This document shows positions 18,669 through 27,852 of a stretch of DNA of 42,945 nucleotides, piece after piece; the stretch's first letter is position 1, and each line of letters opens with the position of its first letter. The notes under the pieces were generated by a model. The model was not told the origin of the DNA. It saw nothing but the letters and a program-made list of their open reading frames with translations, and searched no databases. Location: positions 1 to 42,945 of the forward strand of contig JAKLKB010000049.1 of the NCBI GenBank assembly GCA_023150835.1, given 5' to 3'. The stretch is from Myxococcota bacterium. Lineage in GTDB: Bacteria; Myxococcota_C; UBA6777. The position numbers were made by a program, and so were the translations under genes.

Positions 18669-19258
18669 CTTCACGCAGCGCCCACAAAGAACGCCAAACC
18701 CAAGAAACCGATATCTCCCTGACACTCGACCTTGACGGCAGCGGAAAGGCCGATATCCAAACAGGTATCGGCTTTCTCGATCACATGATGCACGCGCTGG
18801 CCAAACACGCTCGCCTCGATCTTTCTCTTCGATGCCAAGGAGATCTCCATGTGGATGATCACCATACCGCCGAAGATTGCGCGATCTTGCTCGGTCAAGC
18901 CTTCGACCAAGCTCTCGGTCAAAAGCGTGGCATCCGTCGCTTTGGATATGCCTACGCTCCGCTCGATGAAGCCCTTGTACGCGCCGTTGTCGATCTTTCA
19001 GGTCGGCCTTGGGCTGAGATCCATCTCGATCTCAAACGCCCGCAAATCGGCGATATCGCCTGTGAGAATCTGATCCATTGGCTACAATCCTTCGCTATCA
19101 ACGCTCGCATCACCCTTCACATCGACCTCTTGCGCGGTGCCAACGACCATCACAAGATCGAGGCCGCCTTCAAAGCCCTTGCCTTGGCCCTTCGACAAGC
19201 CATCACCCCCGATCAACATCACGATATCCCTAGCACCAAAGGGAGTCTCGCAGGATAA
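18665..19258 (+). CDS. hisB: Imidazoleglycerol-phosphate dehydratase (monofunctional)
   Basis: [41 protein letters not shown]; no N-terminal phosphatase domain. Confidence 0.97.
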   Translation: MTSRSAHKERQTQETDISLTLDLDGSGKADIQTGIGFLDHMMHALAKHARLDLSLRCQGDLHVDDHHTAEDCAILLGQAFDQALGQKRGIRRFGYAYAPLDEALVRAVVDLSGRPWAEIHLDLKRPQIGDIACENLIHWLQSFAINARITLHIDLLRGANDHHKIEAAFKALALALRQAITPDQHHDIPSTKGSLAG

Positions 19259-19283
19259 GCCCCCAACCTCAGGAGTCCTCGCC

Positions 19284-19895
19284 GTGTCTGATACGCTCCC
19301 AGTCGTCCACACAGGAACCGCCAATCTTGCTTCTGTCTTTGCAGCCCTCCGACGTGCAGGCGTGACGCCCCAAGACACCCTTGATGCGGTCGTGATCGAA
19401 CACGCACCGCGTCTTGTATTGCCGGGTGTTGGGGCCTTTGGAGCCGCCATGCAAAATCTCCATGAGGCCGATCTGATCGAGCCGCTGCGCCGCCGCTTGC
19501 GTGCAGGTCGGGCGACCTTTGCGATCTGTTTGGGGATGCAGATCCTCTGCGCAAGCAGCGAAGAAACCCCCGGCATCGAAGGATTGGGTCTATTTGACCT
19601 CCCCGTCACACGCTTTCGCAACACACCACGCATCCCTCAATTTGGTTGGGCCCCCGTCGAAGTCTCGCCCACAACTCAAGGTATCCTTTGTGATGGCTAT
19701 GCCTACTTTGCCCACTCCTACAGGCTGATCGAACAACCCCAAGGCTGGCGTTGTGCGATCTCCGAATACGGCGGTCCCTTTGTGGCGGCCCTTGAAAAAG
19801 ACGGCATCGTGGCTTGTCAATTTCATCCCGAACTTTCGGGCGAATGGGGCCATGAATTGATCTGCCGCTGGTTGGAACACACCCATAACGATTGA
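19284..19895 (+). CDS. hisH: Imidazole glycerol phosphate synthase glutaminase subunit
   Basis: LPGVGAFG, ICLGMQ, YFAHSY, QFHPELSG; GTG start after RBS aggag at 19271-19275. Confidence 0.95.
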   Translation: MSDTLPVVHTGTANLASVFAALRRAGVTPQDTLDAVVIEHAPRLVLPGVGAFGAAMQNLHEADLIEPLRRRLRAGRATFAICLGMQILCASSEETPGIEGLGLFDLPVTRFRNTPRIPQFGWAPVEVSPTTQGILCDGYAYFAHSYRLIEQPQGWRCAISEYGGPFVAALEKDGIVACQFHPELSGEWGHELICRWLEHTHND

Positions 19896-19978
19896 AGAGT
19901 CCACGGAAAGCACGAACGACGACCAACGGGAGTCTCACGCTTCGTAAAGCACGGAAAGAGGGCAGGAAAAGAAGAGTA

Positions 19979-20393
19979 ATACGAGATCCGCCCGTTGTAT
20001 GATCGTAAAGAGGTAGGGGCAGACAGGTGTGGCTGCCCAAGAATCGGGCGTCTACGCACTCTCCTTTGTGTACACATCGTTCGGATTTCGTATGATACGA
20101 AATCCGCCCCTTGTGTGATCGTAAAACGTAGGGGCAGACAGGTGTGGCTGCCCAAGAATAGGGCGGTTCGCGAACCGCCCCTACATCATGCGATCATACA
20201 TTACGCGGAGATCGTATAAATACGAGTTGACAGAGAGTCCATGACAGACAACCGAAGGAAGTCTCGCTCTTCGTGTGATACGAGATCCGCCCGTTGTGTG
20301 ATCGTAAGGATGTAGGGGCAGACCCCTGTGTCTGCCCGATCATAGGGCGTCTACGTACTCTCCTTTGCTGTGTACATCACTCGGATATCGTGT
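19979..20393. repeat. Cluster of three family A elements (19979-20093, 20095-20217, 20278-20393) in reverse orientation
   Basis: Each starts atacga(g/a)atccgccc and ends cgga..tcgt; each carries a gtaggggcagac...ctgccc hairpin. Confidence 0.9.
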
Positions 20394-20427
20394 GACCACC
20401 GAAGGGGAACCTCGCGCTTCGCAAAAA

Positions 20428-21780
20428 TTAAGGGATTGTGCGAACGACGCGAAAGCCACGATTTGGGCTGCGTGTGGAAGCAGAACCGCCATAACGTGCC
20501 GCAGCGCGCAAGCTTCGTGCAACCATATCGTATGCCCCACCCCGATACGTTCGCGAAGCCGCTTCCACCGCCCCCACAGGATCGACGACCGCTTGCGTCG
20601 GATACGGACCATGTAGATCATAAACCCATTCGAGCGCGTTTCCAGCCATATCATAAAGCCCCCATGCGTTCGGTTGCTTTCCAGCAACAGGACGGATCTT
20701 GCTTGCTGCGTTACAATCGTACCATGCGATCGCATCGGCGTTTGGGTCGAGCGGAGAGCAGAGATGATTCACAAGATCGCCGTTATAAAGAGCCGTCGCT
20801 GTCCCCGCACGGTAGGCATATTCCCACTCTGCTTCCGTCGGTAAGCGATAACCAAGACATTGATAATATTTTCCTTGTTGATAAGCCGGTGCAACGGAGC
20901 AGATCGTACTGGCCTGCGATCCAGTACAAGTGAAGCACTCTGCAAGCCCCATCTTTCGGGAAGCCGCGTTACAAAAAGCAGCGGCTTCATGCCAATTGAC
21001 CCGCTCCACAGGACAACTCCCACACCCCACGGACTGCGAGGGATCATAGCCCATCTGCGTGACGAATGTGCTTTGTGTGATCTCGTGCTTGCTGATCAAA
21101 AAAGACCGTGTCAGCGTCACTTGGTGTTGTGTCTCGTCGGATTTTCGCTCGGCTTCGGTGGTCGGGCTTCCCATCGTAAACGTCCCTGCGGGGATCAACA
21201 CTTCATCGATGCGAAAAGGAACAGCTCCTTCGTTTTCTGACGGAGCCTGTTCTTTTGAGACTTCAGGATCGCTTTCTACGGAACCTTCTTGGATGCTTTC
21301 GGGCTTGCTTTCTGCGGAACCTTCTTGGATGCTTTCGGGTTCGTTTTCTGGCGAGGGTTCGGAGAACTGGTCTACACGAAAACGCTCGCCTTCGGTTGTC
21401 GTCTCGGAGGGTGAAGCATCCGATCGTAGAGGTTCTTGTGGTGGCAAACAAGAGCAGTACACCTTGGCCGTCTCGGCGGTGTCTTCTGGCTGCGTTTGAG
21501 TCCTCAGTCCACGCAAACATTGCTCTGCTTGAGGGCCGTCGTTGGCCGACAAACAACTGCTCAGTTCTGGTGGAGCGGATTTTTTTTGCGCGCAGATCTC
21601 TTTCGCGTACGAGTCCTTCAACACGCTACAGTCGAGTTCTTTTCGACAAGAAGACACCGCGTTCGCAAGGATCGCGCAAGCATCGTCACAACCGCTGCTG
21701 ATCATCACATACACCCAAAAAAACGACCCAATCAAAACCAAAACAGCCAACGGTGTAGGCTTTTGATGGACGCGCAACAT
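20428..21780 (-). CDS. Exported FGE-sulfatase (SUMF1/EgtB/PvdO-like) domain protein with a Cys-rich N-terminus and acidic linker
   Basis: IPAGTFTMGS, HEITQ, PVERVNWHEAAAFCN, YRLPTEAEWEYA, NAWGLYDMAGN, RGGAY, GFRVVR; RBS aggagga; N-terminal hydrophobic segment ending SSGC (possible lipobox). Confidence 0.9.
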   Translation of the reverse strand: MLRVHQKPTPLAVLVLIGSFFWVYVMISSGCDDACAILANAVSSCRKELDCSVLKDSYAKEICAQKKSAPPELSSCLSANDGPQAEQCLRGLRTQTQPEDTAETAKVYCSCLPPQEPLRSDASPSETTTEGERFRVDQFSEPSPENEPESIQEGSAESKPESIQEGSVESDPEVSKEQAPSENEGAVPFRIDEVLIPAGTFTMGSPTTEAERKSDETQHQVTLTRSFLISKHEITQSTFVTQMGYDPSQSVGCGSCPVERVNWHEAAAFCNAASRKMGLAECFTCTGSQASTICSVAPAYQQGKYYQCLGYRLPTEAEWEYAYRAGTATALYNGDLVNHLCSPLDPNADAIAWYDCNAASKIRPVAGKQPNAWGLYDMAGNALEWVYDLHGPYPTQAVVDPVGAVEAASRTYRGGAYDMVARSLRAAARYGGSASTRSPNRGFRVVRTIP

Positions 21781-21883
21781 CCCAATCCTCCTGTTCCTTG
21801 TGTCATCGGCCTCAAAACGACAGAGACGGCAAAGCAAAAAAGCTGCAAAACTCTCCCTGAGGCAAGGCTCTCTTCGCTTCTGA

Positions 21884-22050
21884 CGAGTTTGACGCGATCA
21901 AAAAAACCGTGTTCGTATCGCTTTAAGCGGCAGGGCTATTGGTTTGAAAAACCTCTGTGTACCCCATCGATACGAAGTTAAGGGAGCCGCGCTAAGGAGG
22001 CGGGGCTTGGGACAGCGCCCCAAAAACACCATCCAATAAGCCGCTCCTAT
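21884..22050. repeat. Diverged family B repeat copy (reverse orientation)
   Basis: aaaaaccgtgttcg...ttaagcggca...ggtttgaaa...ggggcttgggacagcgcccc...ctcctat. Confidence 0.6.
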
Positions 22051-22076
22051 CCGTCATTCGCGGGGCTCACCTCCGC

Positions 22077-24413
22077 TCAAAAGTCGTAGGGCGTCTCATA
22101 ACATCTATCGCAAAAGCGCTCCCATGACAGGGGGGCGAGGGCTTTTCCGCAGCTTTTGCATGTTTTCTTTTGTTGGAGCTTGGCGCGACAAAGCAAGGCG
22201 TCCATCCGCTGACTGAGTGTGTGCTTTTGTTCGGTCATCTCGTCGATATCAGCGGAAGTGACGGCGTGAGCAAACAAGGGACGATGGGCCAACCACAAGA
22301 AGAGTTCTCTCTCACCCACCGCTCGTTCAAGGGCGAGCAATTCACGGCTTGGCTCGGATGATCTTTTGGGAAGAGATATCTCGTCAGGGAGGGGGAATTC
22401 GTCATGATGGAGGAAAGAATGGACACATTGCCCCCAATAGGACAGGGTTTCGCGACTGACGGGGGCTTGCACAAAAGCCAAACAGCGTTCGAGGCCCAGC
22501 GCTCGCTGCATATCGAGGGGGATCATCGCGGCAAGTTCGATCAAAGGCCGCGTATCACAGGGCGAAAGCAGCGATTGAAAAGAGGACGGTATCGCCCGCA
22601 GTTCGGCCCAATAAGCAAGTCGATCTTGCAGCGAACCCGCAAGCATCTCAAGCTCCTGCAAGGTCGGTGTAATGCGAAGTGTGGTGGGTTTTTGGACGGT
22701 TGCAGAAAACAGGTGCTGGAGGTCGTGTTGAACGTCAGGCGAACAAGCCCCGACAGCACCGAATTCATGCCACCCAAAACGGCCTGCACGTCCCGCGATC
22801 TGTTGAACTTCGGCGGGTGTGAGCAGGCGCCGCTGTTTACCATCGAACTTGTGCAGCGTCGTAAAGGCGATATAACGGGCAGGAAGGTTCATCCCCATGC
22901 CAAGGGCATCGGTGGCGACACAGATCCGGGTCTCTCCACGCAAGAAGCGTTCGGCCTGTGCGCGCCGAACATCGGGAGGAAGCGCACCATACAAAACGGA
23001 GGTGGGGATGTTCTTTTGTTCCTCGAAGTAGCTTTTGAGGACCAGTGCGTCGATGCGTGAAAAGACGATGTAGATGCAGCTTTCTGTGGGCTTTTCGATC
23101 GGAAACAAGGCATCGTGAAGTTGTAGTGGACAAAGTCGTTGGTGGTGTTGGACGGTGGGCGGCGGATAACCAAGCACCGAGACAAAACGCTGCAACAGCG
23201 GCAACGCTTCGGGCGCGCAACATAGGTAGAGGGTTTTGGCTTGGGCGTGGGTAAGGACACGAGTCCATGCCCCGCCACGTTGGGGGTCTGCGGCCATCTG
23301 CGCTTCGTCAAGGACGATGATCTGTTCTTCGGTGGGACGGAACATCTCGACGGTTGCGGCTTGATGGCGGGCGTTGGGGGTGCGGATCACCTCTTCACCC
23401 GTCACCAGATCGCAGGGAACACCTTGCGCATTCAGGCGTTCGTAGATCTCCCACGCCAACAAGCGCAACGGAGCGAGATACACACCGCTCGGGGCGGCAG
23501 CAAGGGCTTCGATGGCGGTGTGCGTCTTGCCGGAGTTGGTCGCTCCAACAGAGACGATCGGTTGGGGCCACGTTGCGCGTGCGACGATCGGAAACATCGC
23601 CATCAGTTGTTGTCGATCGCGTTCTTGCTTCTCGATAAGTGCTTGACGTTTCTTGGCTTCTTTGGCTTCTTTGGCCTCTTTGGCCGCCTGTTTTTTCTCT
23701 TCGAACTCCGCTTCAAGAACCGAAAGCTCCGGGATCGGCTCAGGAAACAAAACACGCACATCCCTCCACAGATACAAGCTGCTGCGATGTATACCTCCTT
23801 GGCTCCAAGGCCGGATATCGAGAGTTTGCAAGCGTCGCCGCACCGTCTGGGGCGTCACTCCCAAACAGGTCGCCAAAAAAGTCGTCTTCACCGTAGAAAA
23901 AGACAGCAGTTGTTCACGATGGGCTTTGGCTTCGTGCAGATCGTACCATGTCCCCCCTTTGGCATCGACGCATGAAGCGATCGGCAAGACCGCCAAGCCG
24001 CGCTCCAGCATCGACTTACGGATGCCCAAAGCCTTGACCAGACCAGATATCGTTGCGATAGATTCTCGCTGCTCACGAAACGCCTGAAATGCCCGATTCA
24101 TCGCGTCCGCGATCCGCTTTCGTTCGGCCTCTCTTTCCGCAGCAAGGCGGGCAGCTTCCGCTCGTGCTCGTTCGGCCTCGATACGTTCGGCCTCTTGGCG
24201 CGCCAAGATCGCTTGGCGACGCGCTTCGAGTCCCTCCAACAGCGCGCCTTCCGCCCTGTACATCCCACCCACAAGCACCAACGCGCCGCTCGCCAAAAAC
24301 TCCGACATCAGCTTCTTTTTGTGAAAAAGGCCCTTCAGATCGCCTTCTTTGAGCGTCCCTTCCGCCACCGCCAACCGATCCAACAACACAGACTTTGCCG
24401 CTTCGTAATCCAT
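22077..24413 (-). CDS. Suv3-like SF2 helicase with N-terminal helical/HTH-like extension and C-terminal CxxC..CxxC zinc ribbon
   Basis: GATNSGKT, APLRLLAWE, DEAQM, LYGALPP, VATDALGMGMNL, KFDG, QIAGRAGRFG; CKSC...CDRC at the C-terminus. Confidence 0.9.
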   Translation of the reverse strand: MDYEAAKSVLLDRLAVAEGTLKEGDLKGLFHKKKLMSEFLASGALVLVGGMYRAEGALLEGLEARRQAILARQEAERIEAERARAEAARLAAEREAERKRIADAMNRAFQAFREQRESIATISGLVKALGIRKSMLERGLAVLPIASCVDAKGGTWYDLHEAKAHREQLLSFSTVKTTFLATCLGVTPQTVRRRLQTLDIRPWSQGGIHRSSLYLWRDVRVLFPEPIPELSVLEAEFEEKKQAAKEAKEAKEAKKRQALIEKQERDRQQLMAMFPIVARATWPQPIVSVGATNSGKTHTAIEALAAAPSGVYLAPLRLLAWEIYERLNAQGVPCDLVTGEEVIRTPNARHQAATVEMFRPTEEQIIVLDEAQMAADPQRGGAWTRVLTHAQAKTLYLCCAPEALPLLQRFVSVLGYPPPTVQHHQRLCPLQLHDALFPIEKPTESCIYIVFSRIDALVLKSYFEEQKNIPTSVLYGALPPDVRRAQAERFLRGETRICVATDALGMGMNLPARYIAFTTLHKFDGKQRRLLTPAEVQQIAGRAGRFGWHEFGAVGACSPDVQHDLQHLFSATVQKPTTLRITPTLQELEMLAGSLQDRLAYWAELRAIPSSFQSLLSPCDTRPLIELAAMIPLDMQRALGLERCLAFVQAPVSRETLSYWGQCVHSFLHHDEFPLPDEISLPKRSSEPSRELLALERAVGERELFLWLAHRPLFAHAVTSADIDEMTEQKHTLSQRMDALLCRAKLQQKKTCKSCGKALAPLSWERFCDRCYETPYDF

Positions 24414-24450
24414 CGCTCACCTCCACCCAAAAAAACAACAGAACAACCGC

Positions 24451-25305
24451 TCAAGCGGTGGCTAGGGATTTTCGGGCGGGTGGGAAGCGACCCCAAAACC
24501 ATGCAACCAAATAGGCGAGAGCCATCATCAAGAAGCTGTAGGCGAGAGCAGACGCATCGATTAGAGGATCCGTAAAATAGAAGGTCGCGATCAACAAGGC
24601 AAACGGGATGTTGCGGATCCCCGCGACCATCGAGTAACTCCGCCGCAAGGAAGCATCCGTCGACGTCAAAGCCCCCACCCCAAGATTCAACAGGATCAAC
24701 AAAACACAGCACCCCAACCCCAACCATCCAACGAGCAAAAATACACTGAATTTCAGCATGAGTAGCCCCATCACCACCAACAACAACAACACATTTGCAG
24801 CTTGGCTCATGGGCTTGCTATAGCGGGCCGCAAACAGCGGGCGATAATGTTGAATCATCAACCCGACCACGAGAGGGAACAAAAGGTAAAGTACCAGCGT
24901 GGAAAGCATCGAACCAAACAACCCAACCGAGCGCGCCAGCGTCATCTTCGCCCCCAAGATCACCACCAAAGCCAACGGGGCGATCACCACGCTCAACAAC
25001 GAAAGCAAGATCATCGTCACCGTAGCCGCAGCAGCATCGCCCTTGGCTTTGAGCGTGAGCAACGGCCCTGCAACCCCGCCCGGACTGACCATACACAACA
25101 AGATCCCCAAAACAACCGGCTGCTCCAAAGGCAACACCGACAAAAACCACCAAGCAAACGCCGGAACCGCGATCAAATTCAAAAGACCCGCGAACAACAA
25201 AGAGCCCTTGTGTTGGCGCAATGCCGCAAATTCTGCGATCTTCGTCCCCATCCCGATCGCAAGCATCGTGACGATCAACAAAACGGTCAGCGCAATCTGT
25301 TGCAT
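24451..25305 (-). CDS. Bile acid:sodium symporter (BASS/ACR3-like) family transporter
   Basis: MLAIGMG, NLIAVPA, CMVSPGG, KGD and GIRNIPFAL motifs with multiple TM helices; start re-assigned to MQQIAL. Confidence 0.85.
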   Translation of the reverse strand: MQQIALTVLLIVTMLAIGMGTKIAEFAALRQHKGSLLFAGLLNLIAVPAFAWWFLSVLPLEQPVVLGILLCMVSPGGVAGPLLTLKAKGDAAAATVTMILLSLLSVVIAPLALVVILGAKMTLARSVGLFGSMLSTLVLYLLFPLVVGLMIQHYRPLFAARYSKPMSQAANVLLLLVVMGLLMLKFSVFLLVGWLGLGCCVLLILLNLGVGALTSTDASLRRSYSMVAGIRNIPFALLIATFYFTDPLIDASALAYSFLMMALAYLVAWFWGRFPPARKSLATA

Positions 25306-25580
25306 AAAGACTCCATCCCCTACGCTTTCATCCTTGAGGCGCGCAGGATCATATCGAGGTGCTATCCAAATCATTGGGGTGCGTAGAGCCTGTCTGGTGC
25401 GGTACAGCCGACTCTTGCATTTGTGGGGGGCTACAGGTATAGATGCCTCGCCTTTTGGTGTCAACACCAACGCCCTGTTTTTCTCTTTGCCTTGTGCCGG
25501 AGAAAAGAATCCTCTTGCCTGCGTTTTTTGAGCAAAGAACCGCCGTAGCCGGAGTCACCCACATTTTGGGGGAGTTTTTG

Positions 25581-26765
25581 ATGAATCCTTTTCTTCTCAA
25601 GCAGCTCGAAGCCTCGGCATGGCTGCGTCAGATCTTTCAGCGGTTTGATGGAACCCAAGAAGACGCACCTGTGAGCCTCGCGATCGGCAACCCGCACATG
25701 ATCCCTCCCGCTGCTTTTTATTCCGCCCTAGAGCGGCAACTTCGCCAGCCCACCGAGACGCTGCATCACTACACTCCCCAAGAAGGTCTGACGGGTTCGC
25801 GAGAGAAGATCGCGGCGCATCTTCGGGCATCTTGTCAAACCCGATTTCGCGCTGAAGATATCTTCCTCACGATGGGCGCTTCGGGGGCCTTGGCGCTCCT
25901 GCTCAAGACGCTGTTTGCGCCTAGCGACGAAGTGCTTTTGCTGGCTCCTTATTTTTTGGAATATCCCACCTCTCTTGCGCTGTATTCGCTGCGCCCCAAG
26001 ATCGTCCAAACAGACGCGCATTTTCACCTTGATCTCGACGCCATCGAACAAGCCATCACCCCCCAAACGCGGGGATTGATCCTCAATTCGCCAAATAACC
26101 CCACAGGCGTGATCTACACGCGCCAAGAACTCACCGCTTTGGGAGCGTTGCTTTCGGCGAAAAGTCGCGCCTTTTCTCATCCGATCTACCTGCTCTCCGA
26201 TGAACCTTACCGCTACATCAACCTCACCCAACAAGATATCCCTTTTCTCTCCGATCTGTACGATCAATCCGTCTTGATCACCTCCTTTAGCAAACAACTC
26301 GCGATCCCGGGAGAGCGTATCGGCTATCTCGCCCTCTCGCCTTCTTTCCACGAACACGAACAAGTGCGACAAGGTCTTAACCTCGCTCAACGTCTGCTCG
26401 GCTTTATCAACGCACCGAGCCTGATGCAGACCGTTGTTTGCGAGCTTTTGGACGTGACCATTGACTTGTCGATGATCTTGGAAAACAAAGCGCTGCTTGA
26501 GGACACGCTTCGGCGCAATCGTCTCGATTTTGTCGAACCCGAAGGGGCTTTTTACACCTTCGTTCGTTCGCCACTTGCTGATGATGTGGCTTTTTGCGCC
26601 TTAGCCCGCGAATCGGGCGTGTTGCTGATGCCGGGAAGCGCCTTTGGTGCTCATGGGTGGTTTCGTGCGTGCTTGTGTACTTCCACCCCGATCATGCACG
26701 CTGCTCTCCCACGCCTCCAAAAAGCCATCACCCTCGCCCACGCTGCGGAAAACAAGCCGCAATAG
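25581..26765 (+). CDS. PLP-dependent class I/II aminotransferase (aspartate aminotransferase-like)
   Basis: LAIGNP, LNSPNNPTGVIY, SDEPY, SFSKQLAIPGERIGY; RBS ggggag. Confidence 0.92.
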   Translation: MNPFLLKQLEASAWLRQIFQRFDGTQEDAPVSLAIGNPHMIPPAAFYSALERQLRQPTETLHHYTPQEGLTGSREKIAAHLRASCQTRFRAEDIFLTMGASGALALLLKTLFAPSDEVLLLAPYFLEYPTSLALYSLRPKIVQTDAHFHLDLDAIEQAITPQTRGLILNSPNNPTGVIYTRQELTALGALLSAKSRAFSHPIYLLSDEPYRYINLTQQDIPFLSDLYDQSVLITSFSKQLAIPGERIGYLALSPSFHEHEQVRQGLNLAQRLLGFINAPSLMQTVVCELLDVTIDLSMILENKALLEDTLRRNRLDFVEPEGAFYTFVRSPLADDVAFCALARESGVLLMPGSAFGAHGWFRACLCTSTPIMHAALPRLQKAITLAHAAENKPQ

Positions 26766-26782
26766 CCCATCTCTTCAGGCGG

Positions 26783-26950
26783 ATAGGAGTGACCTGTGGA
26801 CAACAACCCCCGTGTTCGCGCCCGTTCAAGCGACAGAGCCGTTCGTGGAAAAACATCTGCTCTGTTCGCCGATACGGGGTCAAGGGGCGACAGTCCCTTG
26901 TGGGGCGTGGGGCAAAGCCCCACCACTCTGTCCAAATGCTTCACTCTTAA
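26783..26950. repeat. Family B MITE-like repeat copy (reverse orientation), just upstream of hisF
   Basis: TIR taggagtga / tcactctta; internal cccgtgttcgcg...ttcaagcgaca...ggggtcaagggg...cccttgtggggcgtgggg. Confidence 0.85.
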
Positions 26951-27012
26951 GACAAAACGACCTACCAAAACAGCAGCCTCTCCCACACACAGAGAGGCAA
27001 CGGAGCGGATCG

Positions 27013-27852
27013 ATGGCAACTCGGCGGATCATCCCTTGTTTGGACGTAAGCCACGGGCGCGTCGTCAAGGGTGTCAAGTTTCAAGGTTTGCGGGATGCAG
27101 GTTGTCCCGTCGAACTCTCTGCGCGTTATCAAGAACAAGGCGCGGATGAGATCGTGATCTTGGATGTCTCTGCAACTCCCGAAGGACGGGGAAATCAGCT
27201 TGACACGGTGCGCAAAGTCCGCGAGGTGCTGAGCATCCCGCTGACGGTGGGCGGTGGCATCCGCAAGATCGAAGATGCAAGCGCGTTGTTGCAAGCAGGC
27301 GCAGACAAAGTCTCCATGAACACAGCGGCGGTCTTCGATCCTGCGCTATTGTCGGCGATCGCAGAGCGTTTTGGCCGTCAATGTACGGTGCTTGCGATCG
27401 ATGCTGCGGCCAAGATCGGCATGGAGGGGTGGGAAGTGGTGGTACGTTCTGGAACGCAGCGCGTCGGGCGTGACGCGATCGAATGGGGCAAAGAAGGCGA
27501 AGAACGCGGTGCAGGGGAGATCTTGTTGACGAGCTTTGATCGAGATGGAACGCGGTCAGGTTATGATCTTTCGCAGTTGCGGGCTTTTTCGCAAGCCGTC
27601 AAGCTTCCGATCATCGCATCAGGCGGAGCGCACAGCCCCGAGCATCTGCTCGAAGCCTTGGATGCAGGGGCCGATGCGGTGCTTGCGGCCTCGATCTTCC
27701 ACGACGGGGATTGGACGGTCGATGCGCTCAAGGTGTTCTTGTTGTCGCGTGGTGTCGAGGTGCGCCCTCCGCACACAACCCAAGCCAGACTCTCTACCAC
27801 AACAAAAAATACCGATTCATCGACCCATACGACAGAAGGTAGCCAAGCATGA
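27013..27852 (+). CDS. hisF: Imidazole glycerol phosphate synthase cyclase subunit
   Basis: RIIPCLDV, GRVVKGVKF, PLTVGGGIR, GADKVSMNTAA, GEILLTSFDRDGT, IASGGA, LAASIFH. Confidence 0.97.
   Translation: MATRRIIPCLDVSHGRVVKGVKFQGLRDAGCPVELSARYQEQGADEIVILDVSATPEGRGNQLDTVRKVREVLSIPLTVGGGIRKIEDASALLQAGADKVSMNTAAVFDPALLSAIAERFGRQCTVLAIDAAAKIGMEGWEVVVRSGTQRVGRDAIEWGKEGEERGAGEILLTSFDRDGTRSGYDLSQLRAFSQAVKLPIIASGGAHSPEHLLEALDAGADAVLAASIFHDGDWTVDALKVFLLSRGVEVRPPHTTQARLSTTTKNTDSSTHTTEGSQA

Noticed and set aside
19995-20219. Family of small Cys-containing peptides (VGADRCGCP.IGRLRTLLCVH; also 14316-14513 and 38854-39039)
   Set aside because: These are translations of the family A repeat; starts and stops are not conserved between copies and there are no RBSs
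20428-20600. Diversity-generating retroelement target (FGE-sulfatase/CLec C-terminus)
   Set aside because: No reverse transcriptase and no adenine-variant template repeat seen in the window; a remote DGR cannot be excluded
25330-25560. Riboswitch or ncRNA between the BASS and aminotransferase genes
   Set aside because: Some short inverted repeats, but no recognisable aptamer consensus; likely a divergent promoter region
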